Positions 35,594 to 44,368 of a DNA stretch of 64,000 nt are shown here, piece by piece. This DNA comes from Candidatus Saccharibacteria bacterium UBA6824 (GTDB lineage: Bacteria > Patescibacteriota > Saccharimonadia > Saccharimonadales > UBA10212). The position numbers and the translations under genes are program-made. The DNA lies in NCBI GenBank assembly GCA_002452155.1, contig DKEK01000003.1, positions 9,851-73,850 on the forward strand, written 5' to 3'. Under the pieces are notes generated by a model. It was not told the DNA's origin. It ran no database searches and was given only the letters and a program-made list of their open reading frames with translations. The stretch's first letter is position 1, and each line of letters opens with the position of its first letter.

Positions 35594-37603
35594 ATGAGGT
35601 GGTTAAAAAAACCATACGTTTATACTTTGGCCCTTGCGTTTATCGCGTTATTTAGTTGGCTGAGCATAAGTCCGCACGTGTCAGCCCTGTCAGGTGGTGA
35701 TTTTATTGCTGGTCGCATCATGGATGACGGCATTTTCTTTAACCCAAGCACCATGAACCCTGGTGATATCCAGGCGGTCCTAAACGCTAAGGTGCCGGTT
35801 TGCGATACCAACGGCACAGAGCCTTCGGGCCATGCTGGCTATGCCACGCGGGCAGATTGGGGGACGGCCAATGGTTACCCGCCCCCCTATACTTGCCTCA
35901 AAGACTACTCTCAGAACATCCAAGGCAGCTCAGCTGATACTTACTGTGGTGGCAATGTCGGCGCTGGCACAAAATCAGCCGCCCAAATTATTTATGACGT
36001 AGCCCAGGCCTGCGGCGTAAACCCCAAGGTTTTGATCGTTCTGCTAGAAAAAGAACAAAGCTTAGTTACCGATGATTGGCCGTGGAGCGTCCAATACCGC
36101 AGCGCTACCGGCTATGGCTGTCCCGATACAGCACCCTGCGACGCCCAGTATTACGGCTTTTTCAACCAAGTCTATAATGCTGCGCATCAGTTCCAGCGCT
36201 ATGTCAAACAATCAAATTTATTCAACTATGTCTCCGGCCAAACGAGCTTTGTCCAATATAACCCTAATTCCGGCTGCGGCGGCACCAATGTCTTTATGCA
36301 AAACCAAGCTACAGCTGGACTTTATAACTACACACCATACCAGCCCAACCAAGCCGCCCTCAATAATCTATATGGCACCGGCGATAGTTGCAGCGCCTAT
36401 GGCAACCGTAATTTCTGGCGCTTGTACATAGATTGGTTCGGATCACCCATTTCTACAGTTCCCTATGCCTGGTTATACGAAGGTCAAGGGGCCTATTCGG
36501 ATGCTAGCAGAACACAGGCCTTTACATCTGTACCGACAGTAGCTCCGGGTGGTAAGTTCTACGTCAGATTAAAGGCCCGCAATATGGGCACTGTGACCTG
36601 GGACCGTTCATTTCTCCACCTTGGGACCTCACGACCTATGGACAGAGTCAGTGTTTTTGCGGACTCGGGATGGTTAGGCAATAGTCGCCCGGCGCAACTC
36701 CTTGAAAGCTCTATTCCTCCCGGCCAAATAGGTACCTTCGAGTTTGCCATGCAGGCCCCCAGTGCACCAGGGGTATATAATGAATACTTTAATGTTGTAG
36801 CCGAGGGACGTTCTTGGCTTAATGATCTGGGCTTTTTCTTGACTATAAATGTTAATAACCCCCTAACCACTCCTCCGAACTCGACCAATACTTCACTGCA
36901 TTCTGGCGATGCTGACCTTCATAGAGACGACTATCTGCTTTCACCCGACGCGCAGTCGGCGCTAACGCTCCAACGCAATGGAGACTTGGCGCTTTACTCT
37001 AATTTTCAGTTGGTTTGGGAGAGCGGTACACAAGGACAAACTCCCGGTCGGTTGACTATGCAGCCGGATGGCAACTTGGTTTTGTATAATACTGATGTCC
37101 AAAATCCTTGGAGCTCCCAAACCAATGGCAATAATAACTCGTGGCTGCAGCTGAATACCGACGGCAACATGGTTATTTATAGACCCGGCAATACACCAAT
37201 TTGGTCGCAAGATTATGTAATCCAAACCCCCGACCACTTGAGCTACATCAACACCACTTTTGCGCCTGGGATTGGCGGTATTGCTCGGATGTATCCTGGC
37301 CAGAGTATCGATACGGCGGATAGGCGGTTTCATTTGATACTTCAGCGCGACGGAAACTTAGTGTTTTACTCACCCAGCAGGGCACTATGGAGCACCGGCA
37401 CAAACGGTAGGCAAACGGCCTTCTTGGCTATCCAGCCCGACGGCAACCTAGTGCTTTATGATCGTAGCGGGGTAGCTCTTTGGGCCAGCAGTACTACCCG
37501 TTCTGGCCCGACTCGCCTAATAGTTCAGCAAGACGGTAACTTGGTAATTTACAACCAGCAAAATATTCCTCAGTGGAATACCGGCACCGCCGGTGCACAA
37601 TAA
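35594..37603 (+). CDS. secreted protein: lysozyme/transglycosylase-like N-domain (tentative) + NBR1/Ig-like domain + two bulb-type lectin domains
   Basis: Signal peptide YTLALAFIALFSWLSISPHVSA. SAAQIIYDVAQACGVNPKVLIVLLEKEQSL resembles the catalytic-Glu helix of glucosaminidase/SLT folds. VRLKARNMGTVTWDR...PGQIGTFEFAMQAPSAPGVYNEYFNVVAEG is an NBR1-like Ig pattern. Six lectin sub-motifs are present, including MQPDGNLVLY, LNTDGNMVIY, LQRDGNLVFY, IQPDGNLVLY, VQQDGNLVIY. Confidence 0.75.
   Translation: MRWLKKPYVYTLALAFIALFSWLSISPHVSALSGGDFIAGRIMDDGIFFNPSTMNPGDIQAVLNAKVPVCDTNGTEPSGHAGYATRADWGTANGYPPPYTCLKDYSQNIQGSSADTYCGGNVGAGTKSAAQIIYDVAQACGVNPKVLIVLLEKEQSLVTDDWPWSVQYRSATGYGCPDTAPCDAQYYGFFNQVYNAAHQFQRYVKQSNLFNYVSGQTSFVQYNPNSGCGGTNVFMQNQATAGLYNYTPYQPNQAALNNLYGTGDSCSAYGNRNFWRLYIDWFGSPISTVPYAWLYEGQGAYSDASRTQAFTSVPTVAPGGKFYVRLKARNMGTVTWDRSFLHLGTSRPMDRVSVFADSGWLGNSRPAQLLESSIPPGQIGTFEFAMQAPSAPGVYNEYFNVVAEGRSWLNDLGFFLTINVNNPLTTPPNSTNTSLHSGDADLHRDDYLLSPDAQSALTLQRNGDLALYSNFQLVWESGTQGQTPGRLTMQPDGNLVLYNTDVQNPWSSQTNGNNNSWLQLNTDGNMVIYRPGNTPIWSQDYVIQTPDHLSYINTTFAPGIGGIARMYPGQSIDTADRRFHLILQRDGNLVFYSPSRALWSTGTNGRQTAFLAIQPDGNLVLYDRSGVALWASSTTRSGPTRLIVQQDGNLVIYNQQNIPQWNTGTAGAQ
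36920..37600 (+). repeat. tandem-lectin coding module, copy 2 (paralogous to 27994-28662)
   Basis: See copy 1. Same orientation, about 8.3 kb apart. Confidence 0.8.
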
Positions 37604-37633
37604 CACCTTAATTTTGCTATAATATGCCAATCG

Positions 37634-38797
37634 ATGGCAAAAAAAATCTATATTGACGGCCTAGGCCTGGTCGAAGGACATTTTAGTGGCGTTGGCCATT
37701 ATATCTTGGGCATCTTGCGTGGTATCGACGACATTTTAGAAGCCAAAAAATATGCCGGCGAATCGGTGCCTGACGTGCGGGTGATCATCCCGCGCGATAG
37801 CTTTGGTAAATTTCACGAATACGCTTTCAAGCATATCGGCTACAAAAAATTCCCTGCTAGCTTTAGGCTACTGAGCGCCCTTTGGCGCCGCCGCTGGCTG
37901 CCACCGCTCGACCTTTTGTACGGTAAAGCCGTTTATATCTTCCCGCGCTTTGTCAGCATGCCCCTGCTCTTTAGCAAATCGGCGCTGGTCATCTTCGACA
38001 TCAGTTATGAGACCCACAGGCAGTACTCTGACGAAGGCAACGCCATTTTTCTTTCCAAGCAAGTCAAAAAGTCCCTGCAAAAAACTAAAAAAGTTATCAC
38101 TATTTCACAAAACTCCCGCCGCGAAATTATCGATTTCTATAAACTACCGGCAGAAGATGTCAAAGTAGCCACTCCGGCGGCCGACCCGAGGCTGTTTTAT
38201 CGGCGCAGTCGAAAAGAGATTGACGGGGTTAAAAAGAAATACGGTATCAAGAGCGATTACATCCTGGCGCTATCAAACCTTGAGCCGCGCAAGAACCTTG
38301 ACAGTTTAGTCGAAGCCTACTGCCAATTGCCAAAAGAACTTAAGCAAGACACTGCCCTGCTGCTGGTCGGCGTCAGCGGTTGGAAAACGGATGAGCTATT
38401 CCAAAAAATCATGGCCCGCATTGACGAAGGCTACAACATCATCCGACCCAGTGAATATGTCTTAGACGAGGACAAACCGGCCGTAATTTCCGGTGCCAAA
38501 ATGCTGGTCTTTCCTAGCCACTACGAGGGCTTTGGCATGCCGCCACTGGAGGCACTGGCTTGCGGTGTGCCGACGATAGTGGGCGACAATTCGTCCCTAC
38601 CAGAAGTTATTGATGACAAAAATGCTCGTGTACCTAGCGACGATCTACCGGCACTAATTAAAAAAATGACTGAGTACCTCGAAGGTATAGACAAAAAAAC
38701 TGCCGAAACTCTAACCGAAGGGCCAAAACGGGCTCGTGACTTTTCCTGGCAAAAGAGCGCCCAGGTCTTTTTGGATGTCGTGGAGGAATTGTCATGA
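37634..38797 (+). CDS. GT4-family glycosyltransferase
   Basis: The GT-B C-terminal block MLVFPSHYEGFGMPPLEALACGVPTIVGDNSSLPEV is present. Confidence 0.8.
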   Translation: MAKKIYIDGLGLVEGHFSGVGHYILGILRGIDDILEAKKYAGESVPDVRVIIPRDSFGKFHEYAFKHIGYKKFPASFRLLSALWRRRWLPPLDLLYGKAVYIFPRFVSMPLLFSKSALVIFDISYETHRQYSDEGNAIFLSKQVKKSLQKTKKVITISQNSRREIIDFYKLPAEDVKVATPAADPRLFYRRSRKEIDGVKKKYGIKSDYILALSNLEPRKNLDSLVEAYCQLPKELKQDTALLLVGVSGWKTDELFQKIMARIDEGYNIIRPSEYVLDEDKPAVISGAKMLVFPSHYEGFGMPPLEALACGVPTIVGDNSSLPEVIDDKNARVPSDDLPALIKKMTEYLEGIDKKTAETLTEGPKRARDFSWQKSAQVFLDVVEELS

Positions 38798-40095
38798 CGC
38801 TCGGCATAGATATTTCGGCGCTACAGGGTCCGCACCGCATGCGCGGCATTGGTTTTGCCATTTTAAACTTTATAAACAATATCTCTAGTGCAGACCGCAG
38901 TAGCCACAAATTTGTTTTCTTTATGTTCAAACAAAATGAAGTCGAGGCGCTCGCCTTACTCAACCTGGACGGCATGAATTATGAGGTTCGTTATTTGGAG
39001 TCCAAAGGTAAAAAAGCCGAACCGAAGACGTCACTGCTCTCCGCCCGCTGGCGTCATCTACTGCACAGCGCCGGCCGCCAGCTAGGCGAGTTAAAGGACC
39101 GATACGTTGGCAATTCGATGGTTAAAGATTGTAGGGACATTGACGCCTTTATTCAGCCGGACCAATCGGCCAGTCTACCGCGCAGCCGCCGCAAGATGAA
39201 GAAAGTTTTGATAATTTACGACATCATCCCCTACGTGCTGGAGTGGGAATATTTATGGTCATATGACACAGCCCGCCTGCGCGGATTTTCGCGCAAAGCG
39301 GCACTGCGCTGCGTGGCTCGCCGTTGGTTTTACATTAAAAAGTTAAAGGTTAATACCAGGCGAGCTGATATTTTGTTAGCCATATCCGAAGTTACTAAAA
39401 ACGACTTTGTGCGCCACACCGGCGCCAAGTCCAAAAAGATCAAAGTTATTCATCTGGGAGTTCCGGATCAAACAAACGTTGCCAAAGAAATGAGGCTGCA
39501 GCGCTACCATAAATCTTCATGGGGTTATGTAGCCAAAGATTTCAGGCTGGATCCCAAGACGCCGTTTATTTTATATGTTGGTGGTGGCGACCGGCGGAGG
39601 CGGATTGATGAGCTTATTGCCGCTTTCAATAATTTACGCGGCGAAGGCATAGACCTTAAATTGGTTTTGTCTGGTGATTCCATGCAGGGCCCGGACAATA
39701 TTGCTACGCAGGAAATCCAGGGTGCGCTCAAAACTTCGTCCTATCTTGAAGATATTATTTTCGCTGGTTTTACCAGTGATGAAGCCCGGAATTATTTATA
39801 CAAAAACTGCCTGGCCTTTGTTTATCCTAGTACCTATGAAGGTTTTGGTCTACCGGTACTGGAAGCCATGGACCATGGCTGCCCGGTAATTTGTTATCCT
39901 AACCAGGCGGTCAAAGAAGTAGCCGGTAATTTACCGATTTATGCCAAGAACCATGGTGACCTTTATGAAAGCATCAAGCAGCTTCTAAGTATGCCCACCG
40001 GGGAGCGTGAGGTCGTGGGGCGCAAAAACATGGCCCACGCCGAGAAATTTTCGTGGTCTAAAACCGCCAAAGAAATTATGTCAGCTATTTCTTAG
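38794..40095 (+). CDS. GT4-family glycosyltransferase
   Basis: The block AFVYPSTYEGFGLPVLEAMDHGCPVICYPNQAVKEV is present. It overlaps the previous GT by 4 nt. Confidence 0.8.
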   Translation: MTLGIDISALQGPHRMRGIGFAILNFINNISSADRSSHKFVFFMFKQNEVEALALLNLDGMNYEVRYLESKGKKAEPKTSLLSARWRHLLHSAGRQLGELKDRYVGNSMVKDCRDIDAFIQPDQSASLPRSRRKMKKVLIIYDIIPYVLEWEYLWSYDTARLRGFSRKAALRCVARRWFYIKKLKVNTRRADILLAISEVTKNDFVRHTGAKSKKIKVIHLGVPDQTNVAKEMRLQRYHKSSWGYVAKDFRLDPKTPFILYVGGGDRRRRIDELIAAFNNLRGEGIDLKLVLSGDSMQGPDNIATQEIQGALKTSSYLEDIIFAGFTSDEARNYLYKNCLAFVYPSTYEGFGLPVLEAMDHGCPVICYPNQAVKEVAGNLPIYAKNHGDLYESIKQLLSMPTGEREVVGRKNMAHAEKFSWSKTAKEIMSAIS

Positions 40096-41113
40096 CGAGA
40101 TTTTTGTTTTTAGAAAAGACAAGCATAACCCAGTCATCCGCTTTGCCTAAGATTGAATGGTAATCTTTATGCTCGGGTGTATAAAGACTGCCCCGTTCGT
40201 TCACTAAATAAATATTTCCAAAATCCTCGAGCATTCGTTCATAGAAATCCTTTGGATTTTTATAGCTGTCCTTAGTAAACTCTACGAAAAGTGTTAAGTC
40301 AGGACTTTTCCGAACTATTTTTCTCATACCCTGGTAGGCTTCATCTTCATAGCCTTCAATATCCATTTTGATAAGATCAATTTTGAGTATTTGATTCTTC
40401 ATACAATATGAGTCGATGGACGTTGAGTTTACTTTTATACTTTTGTTGACTTTTAGCAGCATTTTATCGTGCATATATTTATCGAGGTGCTTAAGTGGGT
40501 GTAATGTAGAAGAGCCTATGTAATCCTTCAGTATGTTGAGCGTAACAGTGCCTTCTCGTTCTGCTATTGCCAGGTTTTCGACTTTGGACTGCTCGACATA
40601 AAAGTTAGTTGAAAGTGTTTTATTTATATAAGGGATAAGGTCCGGGTTGGCCTCAAAAAAAACTATTTTTGATTTCTTTTTATTTGTTTTATGGGCAGCC
40701 ACTAAGCCAAAGTAGCCAAAGTTAGCCCCAATATCAAAAACTGTGTCTTCGGCCTTTATTACAGAGAGCCAAGCCTGAGTTATTTGGGGCTCCCAAATGC
40801 CGTCTAAGGCTAGATGAGGAGCTACCGATATATCCCTGGTATCTAGATATATTTTTAATCCATTAAATAACTTGGCAATAACTTCATGTTCAGAGATCTG
40901 TACTATGCCTGAATTTGTAATTTGTTGACTTAGATGCTTATTTTGTTGACTTAGATGCTTATAAAGTTCTAGCTGCCGACTGTTAAATGCAGATTGCTCT
41001 TGATATATCACTTCGAGTCGAGTTCTTAAGATCGCTATCGACTCTATCACTTCTGAAAGAAATCTGTCCCGAGTTTTTTTAAGAAGTTCTTTAGGTGTAT
41101 TAAGTTTGCTCAT
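40085..41113 (-). CDS. FkbM-family SAM methyltransferase with N-terminal coiled-coil extension
   Basis: FkbM motif VFDIGANFGYFGL and IDLIKMDIEGYE. The N-terminal ~70 aa are heptad-like (LEVIYQEQSAFNSRQLELYKHLSQQNKHLSQQ). Confidence 0.75.
   Translation of the reverse strand: MSKLNTPKELLKKTRDRFLSEVIESIAILRTRLEVIYQEQSAFNSRQLELYKHLSQQNKHLSQQITNSGIVQISEHEVIAKLFNGLKIYLDTRDISVAPHLALDGIWEPQITQAWLSVIKAEDTVFDIGANFGYFGLVAAHKTNKKKSKIVFFEANPDLIPYINKTLSTNFYVEQSKVENLAIAEREGTVTLNILKDYIGSSTLHPLKHLDKYMHDKMLLKVNKSIKVNSTSIDSYCMKNQILKIDLIKMDIEGYEDEAYQGMRKIVRKSPDLTLFVEFTKDSYKNPKDFYERMLEDFGNIYLVNERGSLYTPEHKDYHSILGKADDWVMLVFSKNKNLAKK
40920..40961. repeat. in-frame tandem duplication of 21 nt (2 copies, 20/21 identical) = duplicated heptad KHLSQQN/KHLSQQI
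   Basis: Read directly: aTTTGTTGACTTAGATGCTTA followed by tTTTGTTGACTTAGATGCTTA. Confidence 0.9.
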
Positions 41114-41115
41114 TA

Positions 41116-42324
41116 TTAATTAACAATTGTATATTTTACGCTGACTGGCGGCAACACAGCTGTAGTCGACCGCGTTGGCTTCTTGACGATGAAGCTCGCT
41201 GCGTCAGTGAACCAATCAAAAGCAATACCTGCGTCATTTACCAGAGTAAGCGTTATGAAGTATTTGCCGTCATTAAAAATATCCAACATCTTCCAGCTAA
41301 AGACAACTCTTGAGCCAGCCTCAAGGGGAGCAAGATCTTGTTGATGTAACATTCGGTTATTCATTGCCGTAACTTCAACTCCATCTTGGGCCACAATATG
41401 CAAGCCATATATTACTCCATTAACCGGCTTATGTGCTAACGCTTCCGCAGTAATGATAACCTCGTCTTCGACAAGTAAAACTTTGGTGCTCTGAATTTTA
41501 ATATCACCATTACCCCATCGTTTGCCTTCTTTTTCTTTCTCAGTTTCTTTAGATGGATCTTCGTCAATGAAGAGTTGGCCATATTTGTCAGCTATATCCG
41601 AGGTTTTGCCGATGGCCTTGACTTCACCGTTGTCTATCAACATAGCTCTGTCGCAAAATTCTCTTATGGCACCCATGTCGTGACTGACAAATATGACTGT
41701 TTTGTTATTTTTTTTCAATGTTTTAAAGTACTCAAAACATTTGCGTTGGAAGGCGGCATCGCCAACAGCCAGCACTTCGTCAATTAGCAAAATGTCAGCT
41801 TCGGCGCGTACAGCCATCGAAAAGGCCAGGCGGACCTGCATGCCGGAGGAATAGTTTTTGAGTTTTTGGTCCATGAACTTTTCTAGCTCGGCAAACTCAA
41901 CAATGTCGCTGTACTTGGCGTCGATCTGCTTTTGCGAAAAACCCAGTAGCGCGCCGTTGAGGTAAACGTTTTCGCGACCGGTCAGTTCCGGGTTAAAACC
42001 GACACCCAGTTCAATAAATGGTACCAGTTTACCGCTGACTTCCAATTTGCCGCTGGTGGGCTGGTAAATGCTGGCGATGATTTTAAGCAGTGTACTTTTG
42101 CCGCTGCCATTACGGCCGACAATGCCAAAGAATTCGCCCTTTTTAACTTCAAAGCTGACATCTTGCAGGGCTTTTTGCAGCGAATATCGGCGGCCAGTCG
42201 TAAAAATATTTATAAAGGCCGACTTTAGCGAGGTGTGTTTTTCCCGCGGCAGTTTAAAGACTTTACCAACACCATTGACCCTAACCGCAACCTGTCTACT
42301 ATCAACTGACGACTGACGACTCAT
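41116..42324 (-). CDS. wzt: polysaccharide ABC exporter ATP-binding protein (Wzt/TagH type) with extra C-terminal beta-rich domain
   Basis: Walker A GIVGRNGSGKSTLLK, signature YSSGMQVRLAFS, Walker B ILLIDEVLAVGD, then a ~150-aa C-domain. I moved the start to the ATG at 42324 (MSRQSSV), 1 nt after the permease stop. The track's longer ORF overlaps the permease. Confidence 0.85.
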   Translation of the reverse strand: MSRQSSVDSRQVAVRVNGVGKVFKLPREKHTSLKSAFINIFTTGRRYSLQKALQDVSFEVKKGEFFGIVGRNGSGKSTLLKIIASIYQPTSGKLEVSGKLVPFIELGVGFNPELTGRENVYLNGALLGFSQKQIDAKYSDIVEFAELEKFMDQKLKNYSSGMQVRLAFSMAVRAEADILLIDEVLAVGDAAFQRKCFEYFKTLKKNNKTVIFVSHDMGAIREFCDRAMLIDNGEVKAIGKTSDIADKYGQLFIDEDPSKETEKEKEGKRWGNGDIKIQSTKVLLVEDEVIITAEALAHKPVNGVIYGLHIVAQDGVEVTAMNNRMLHQQDLAPLEAGSRVVFSWKMLDIFNDGKYFITLTLVNDAGIAFDWFTDAASFIVKKPTRSTTAVLPPVSVKYTIVN

Positions 42325-42325
42325 C

Positions 42326-43123
42326 TTAGATTTCCTCCGCGAAGGATTTAGATTGGCGCCTGAAATAAGCCAGCCCCCCAATGAGCACCAGCACACTTAG
42401 CGCATAGGGGATAAATTTGGCCGGCCCGCCGTCATAGATCTGGGCGATAGTAACCGTCTGATGGGTAATTGAGCTATAGCGGGCGTCCTGGATTGCCTGT
42501 GTCATAGGGTTGAGAAAAATCACTTTTTGTAGAGTGTGGTTAGTAATTAGCGTGATCGGGTAAATAATTGGCGTCAGGTAGAAGCCGGCCTGCAAGATTA
42601 CCTCCCATATATAGTTCATGTCGCGGAACCGCACATAAGCGGCAGCCAAAAACAGCGACAGACCGAGGGCGAAAATATAAACCTCCAGTAAAATAAGCGG
42701 CAGCCACAAAGTAGTCCGGAGTAAGTCGACGTGGTTGATTAGCAGAAAGACAATAAAAACCAGTAGATTTAAAAACAAGTTTATAAGTGCCGAGATACTG
42801 CTGGAAAAGACAATTACCCAGCGTGGAATATTAATTTTACGCAGCAAATCCCCGCGACCGACAATCGAGCCCAGACTTTGGGCTGTCATCTCGGCAAAGA
42901 AGTTCCAAATAATGATTCCCAGCAGCAGATAAACCGGGTAATGCGGTATGCCGGCGCCAAGACGGATAAAGCGCACGAACACGACGTAAAGGATAAGAAA
43001 TAACAGCAGCGGCCGTAGCAGCGACCAGGCATAGCCCAAAACCGAACCTTGGTAACGCAGCTTGAAATCGGTTTTAACAAGTTGCCGTAGTAAAATGGCC
43101 GAATATCTGTAGCGGTTTTTCAC
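42326..43123 (-). CDS. wzm: ABC-2-type polysaccharide exporter permease (Wzm/TagG type)
   Basis: Six TM segments over 265 aa. The N-terminal block LRQLVKTDFKLRYQGSVLGYAWSLLRPLL is typical of ABC-2 permeases. Confidence 0.85.
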   Translation of the reverse strand: MKNRYRYSAILLRQLVKTDFKLRYQGSVLGYAWSLLRPLLLFLILYVVFVRFIRLGAGIPHYPVYLLLGIIIWNFFAEMTAQSLGSIVGRGDLLRKINIPRWVIVFSSSISALINLFLNLLVFIVFLLINHVDLLRTTLWLPLILLEVYIFALGLSLFLAAAYVRFRDMNYIWEVILQAGFYLTPIIYPITLITNHTLQKVIFLNPMTQAIQDARYSSITHQTVTIAQIYDGGPAKFIPYALSVLVLIGGLAYFRRQSKSFAEEI

Positions 43124-43190
43124 TTCACCTTATTTTATAACTTTTACATCTGTGCCACAATTAGAGGTGATGAGTCCCGTTAGAGCCGGT

Positions 43191-43451
43191 ATGTACTATG
43201 TTTACGTATTGAAGGCCCCTGTAAGCGGGAGGCTTTATACTGGTTATACTTCCGACCTACGAAAACGCTTGGCTGAACATAATGCCAAGAAGTCTAGCTA
43301 TACTAAATCTCGAGGACCATACGAATTGATATATTATGAGGCGTGTTTACACTCAAGCGACGCAAAGATGAGAGAAAAATACTTAAAATCGGGAATGGGA
43401 AAGCGCTATTTGAAGAATAGAAACAAGCGTTTTCTGGCTCTAACGGGATGA
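43191..43451 (+). CDS. stand-alone GIY-YIG nuclease-domain protein
   Basis: MYYVYVLKAPVSGRLYTGYTSDLRKRLAEHN contains the GIY...YIG blocks and Arg, and the Glu lies in YYEAC. Start is chosen at the conserved YVY motif; alternative upstream starts are at 43152 and 43170. ATGA overlap with rmd. Confidence 0.75.
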   Translation: MYYVYVLKAPVSGRLYTGYTSDLRKRLAEHNAKKSSYTKSRGPYELIYYEACLHSSDAKMREKYLKSGMGKRYLKNRNKRFLALTG

Positions 43452-44368
43452 GGGCATTAGTAACTGGCGTCAATGGCTTTGTCGGCAAGCACTTGGTCCG
43501 CGAGCTCGGTAGTAGGGGCGACGAAGTTGTGGGTATCGGCCGCGAAGCTAGTCCGGCGCCAGAGATCGAAGAGCTGTTAGCCGATTATTGGGTCTGCGAT
43601 CTAATGGATAAAGAGGCGGTCGGCAAGTTACCACTGGAAGATATTGGTGAGGTAATCAGCCTGGCCGGCTTAGCCGGCGTCGGCGATTCTTTTTCTGACT
43701 CCGATAAATATAAGGCCATTAATGTGGCAGTTTTGACCAATTTACTCCAGACCTTAATCGATAAAAATTTAAAACCAAGGGTTATTGCCGTCAGCACTGG
43801 CGCAGTTTACAAGCCCGCTCAGCCCTTACCCTTAACCGAGGATTCGAAGCTAGCCGAGGTCTCGCCATACGCTACCAGCAAGTTGATGATGGAGCGGGCG
43901 GTTGAAGGTTTCCGAACTAAAGGACTGGAGATTATTATTGTTAGGCCGTTTAACCATATTGGTCCGGGACAAGAACCGGGCTTCTTGGTACCTGATCTTT
44001 ATACCAGAATCGTGACAGCCCAAAAAACAGGTCAACCAATCAAAGTCGGTAATTTGTCGACCAGACGCGATTATACGGACGTACGCGATGTCGCCCGAGC
44101 CTACGATGATTTGGTCCATGCCAAGGAGCTTAAACACAATCTTTATAACATTTGCAGCGGCAAGAGCGTGTCCGGCCAAGAAATACTTGATAAACTTCTA
44201 GTCTTGATGGGCGTGAGTGTTGGTGTTGAACCCGATCCGGCTTTGATGAGGCCTAATGACAACCCCGATTTATATGGTAGTTACCAGCGTTTGCACAGCC
44301 AGACTGGCTGGCAGCCGCAAATACGACTGGAAAAAACGCTAGCCGATTTTGTGGCCTCTGCGAGTTAG
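43448..44368 (+). CDS. rmd: NAD(P)-dependent SDR epimerase/reductase, candidate GDP-4-keto-6-deoxy-D-mannose reductase
   Basis: Rossmann motif [17 protein letters not shown] and catalytic YATSK. It converges on gmd with a 4-nt overlap. Product specificity is inferred from context. Confidence 0.65.
   Translation: MRALVTGVNGFVGKHLVRELGSRGDEVVGIGREASPAPEIEELLADYWVCDLMDKEAVGKLPLEDIGEVISLAGLAGVGDSFSDSDKYKAINVAVLTNLLQTLIDKNLKPRVIAVSTGAVYKPAQPLPLTEDSKLAEVSPYATSKLMMERAVEGFRTKGLEIIIVRPFNHIGPGQEPGFLVPDLYTRIVTAQKTGQPIKVGNLSTRRDYTDVRDVARAYDDLVHAKELKHNLYNICSGKSVSGQEILDKLLVLMGVSVGVEPDPALMRPNDNPDLYGSYQRLHSQTGWQPQIRLEKTLADFVASAS

Noticed and set aside
27994-37600. Diversity-generating retroelement (TR/VR pair) as the explanation for the two similar lectin-coding segments.
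   Set aside because: No reverse transcriptase gene lies nearby. Differences between the copies are spread over all nucleotides rather than confined to adenine positions. The bulb-lectin fold is also not the C-type-lectin/Ig fold used by known DGR targets.
40920-40961. Whether the 21-nt tandem repeat, or any other repeat in the window, could be a CRISPR array.
   Set aside because: There are only two adjacent copies with no spacers, inside a coding region. I noticed no repeat-spacer periodicity and no cas genes anywhere in the window.
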